A stretch of DNA of 64,000 bases. Source: the human T2T-CHM13v2.0 reference genome, Homo sapiens. How positions within the stretch are numbered: the first letter of the stretch is position 1; each line of letters begins with the position of its first letter. Shown piece by piece: positions 60,046 through 64,000 of the stretch. A program made the position numbers and the translations under genes. The stretch lies in NCBI RefSeq assembly GCF_009914755.1, contig NC_060935.1. One strand, 5' to 3'. The notes under the pieces were generated by a model. The model did not search any database and was not told the origin of the DNA. It worked only from the letters and a program-made list of their open reading frames with translations.

Positions 60046-60274
60046 TAGATTCTTGTGAACACGCTATTCCTTACTGACGTCGTTTTCTTGGCGTTTGGGA
60101 GTAATAAAAGGTGCAAATGATTTTTTTAAAGGAACTTTTACGTTTCGAATCAGTCATCATAAATTTGTTTGCCATTTAGTTCATTCTTTCTCTACTTTCA
60201 GCATCTTGTATCTTGCCTCGGGGAACTTTGCAGTTCTGGAAGATCGCGCGCTCTCTAGAAGATTAGTTTCTCCC

Positions 60275-63929
<3,655 letters not shown>

Positions 63930-64000
63930 CACTTTCACATTTTATGAAACAAGTTTATTTAACATTTTCACATGCATTTTGACATCAGTATCTTTGTTAT

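Overview
Human (primate) genomic DNA, not microbial. The window runs from the 3' end of CEP126 (KIAA1377) to the 5' end of CFAP300 (C11orf70), both on the + strand; both genes were recognised from recalled protein sequence. CEP126 contributes its last two coding exons (4756-4820, 9578-9622) and a long Alu-containing 3' UTR to about 13.05 kb. About 46 kb of repeat-dense intergenic sequence follows, then the CFAP300 CpG-island promoter with an RFX X-box and exons 1-2 (59554-59663, 59898-59979). Most of the remainder is transposon-derived: more than 50 Alus including one AluYa5, a 4.5-kb 5'-truncated L1PA, older L1M/L2/L3/MIR fragments, MaLR/ERVL/ERV1 LTRs and MER20/MER5 DNA transposons. Almost all ORFs in the supplied track are Alu or L1 artefacts. 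I see no convincing new gene system. The most unusual signals are two cryptic exon candidates in the last CEP126 intron, three apparent templated-insertion or fold-back scars (clearest: 87 bp copied from 39.3 kb into the LTR at 40.7 kb), an overlapping upstream ORF whose ATG lies inside the CFAP300 X-box, a strong intergenic CTCF motif, and closely spaced inverted Alu pairs. Repeat boundaries and subfamily names were judged by eye and are approximate.
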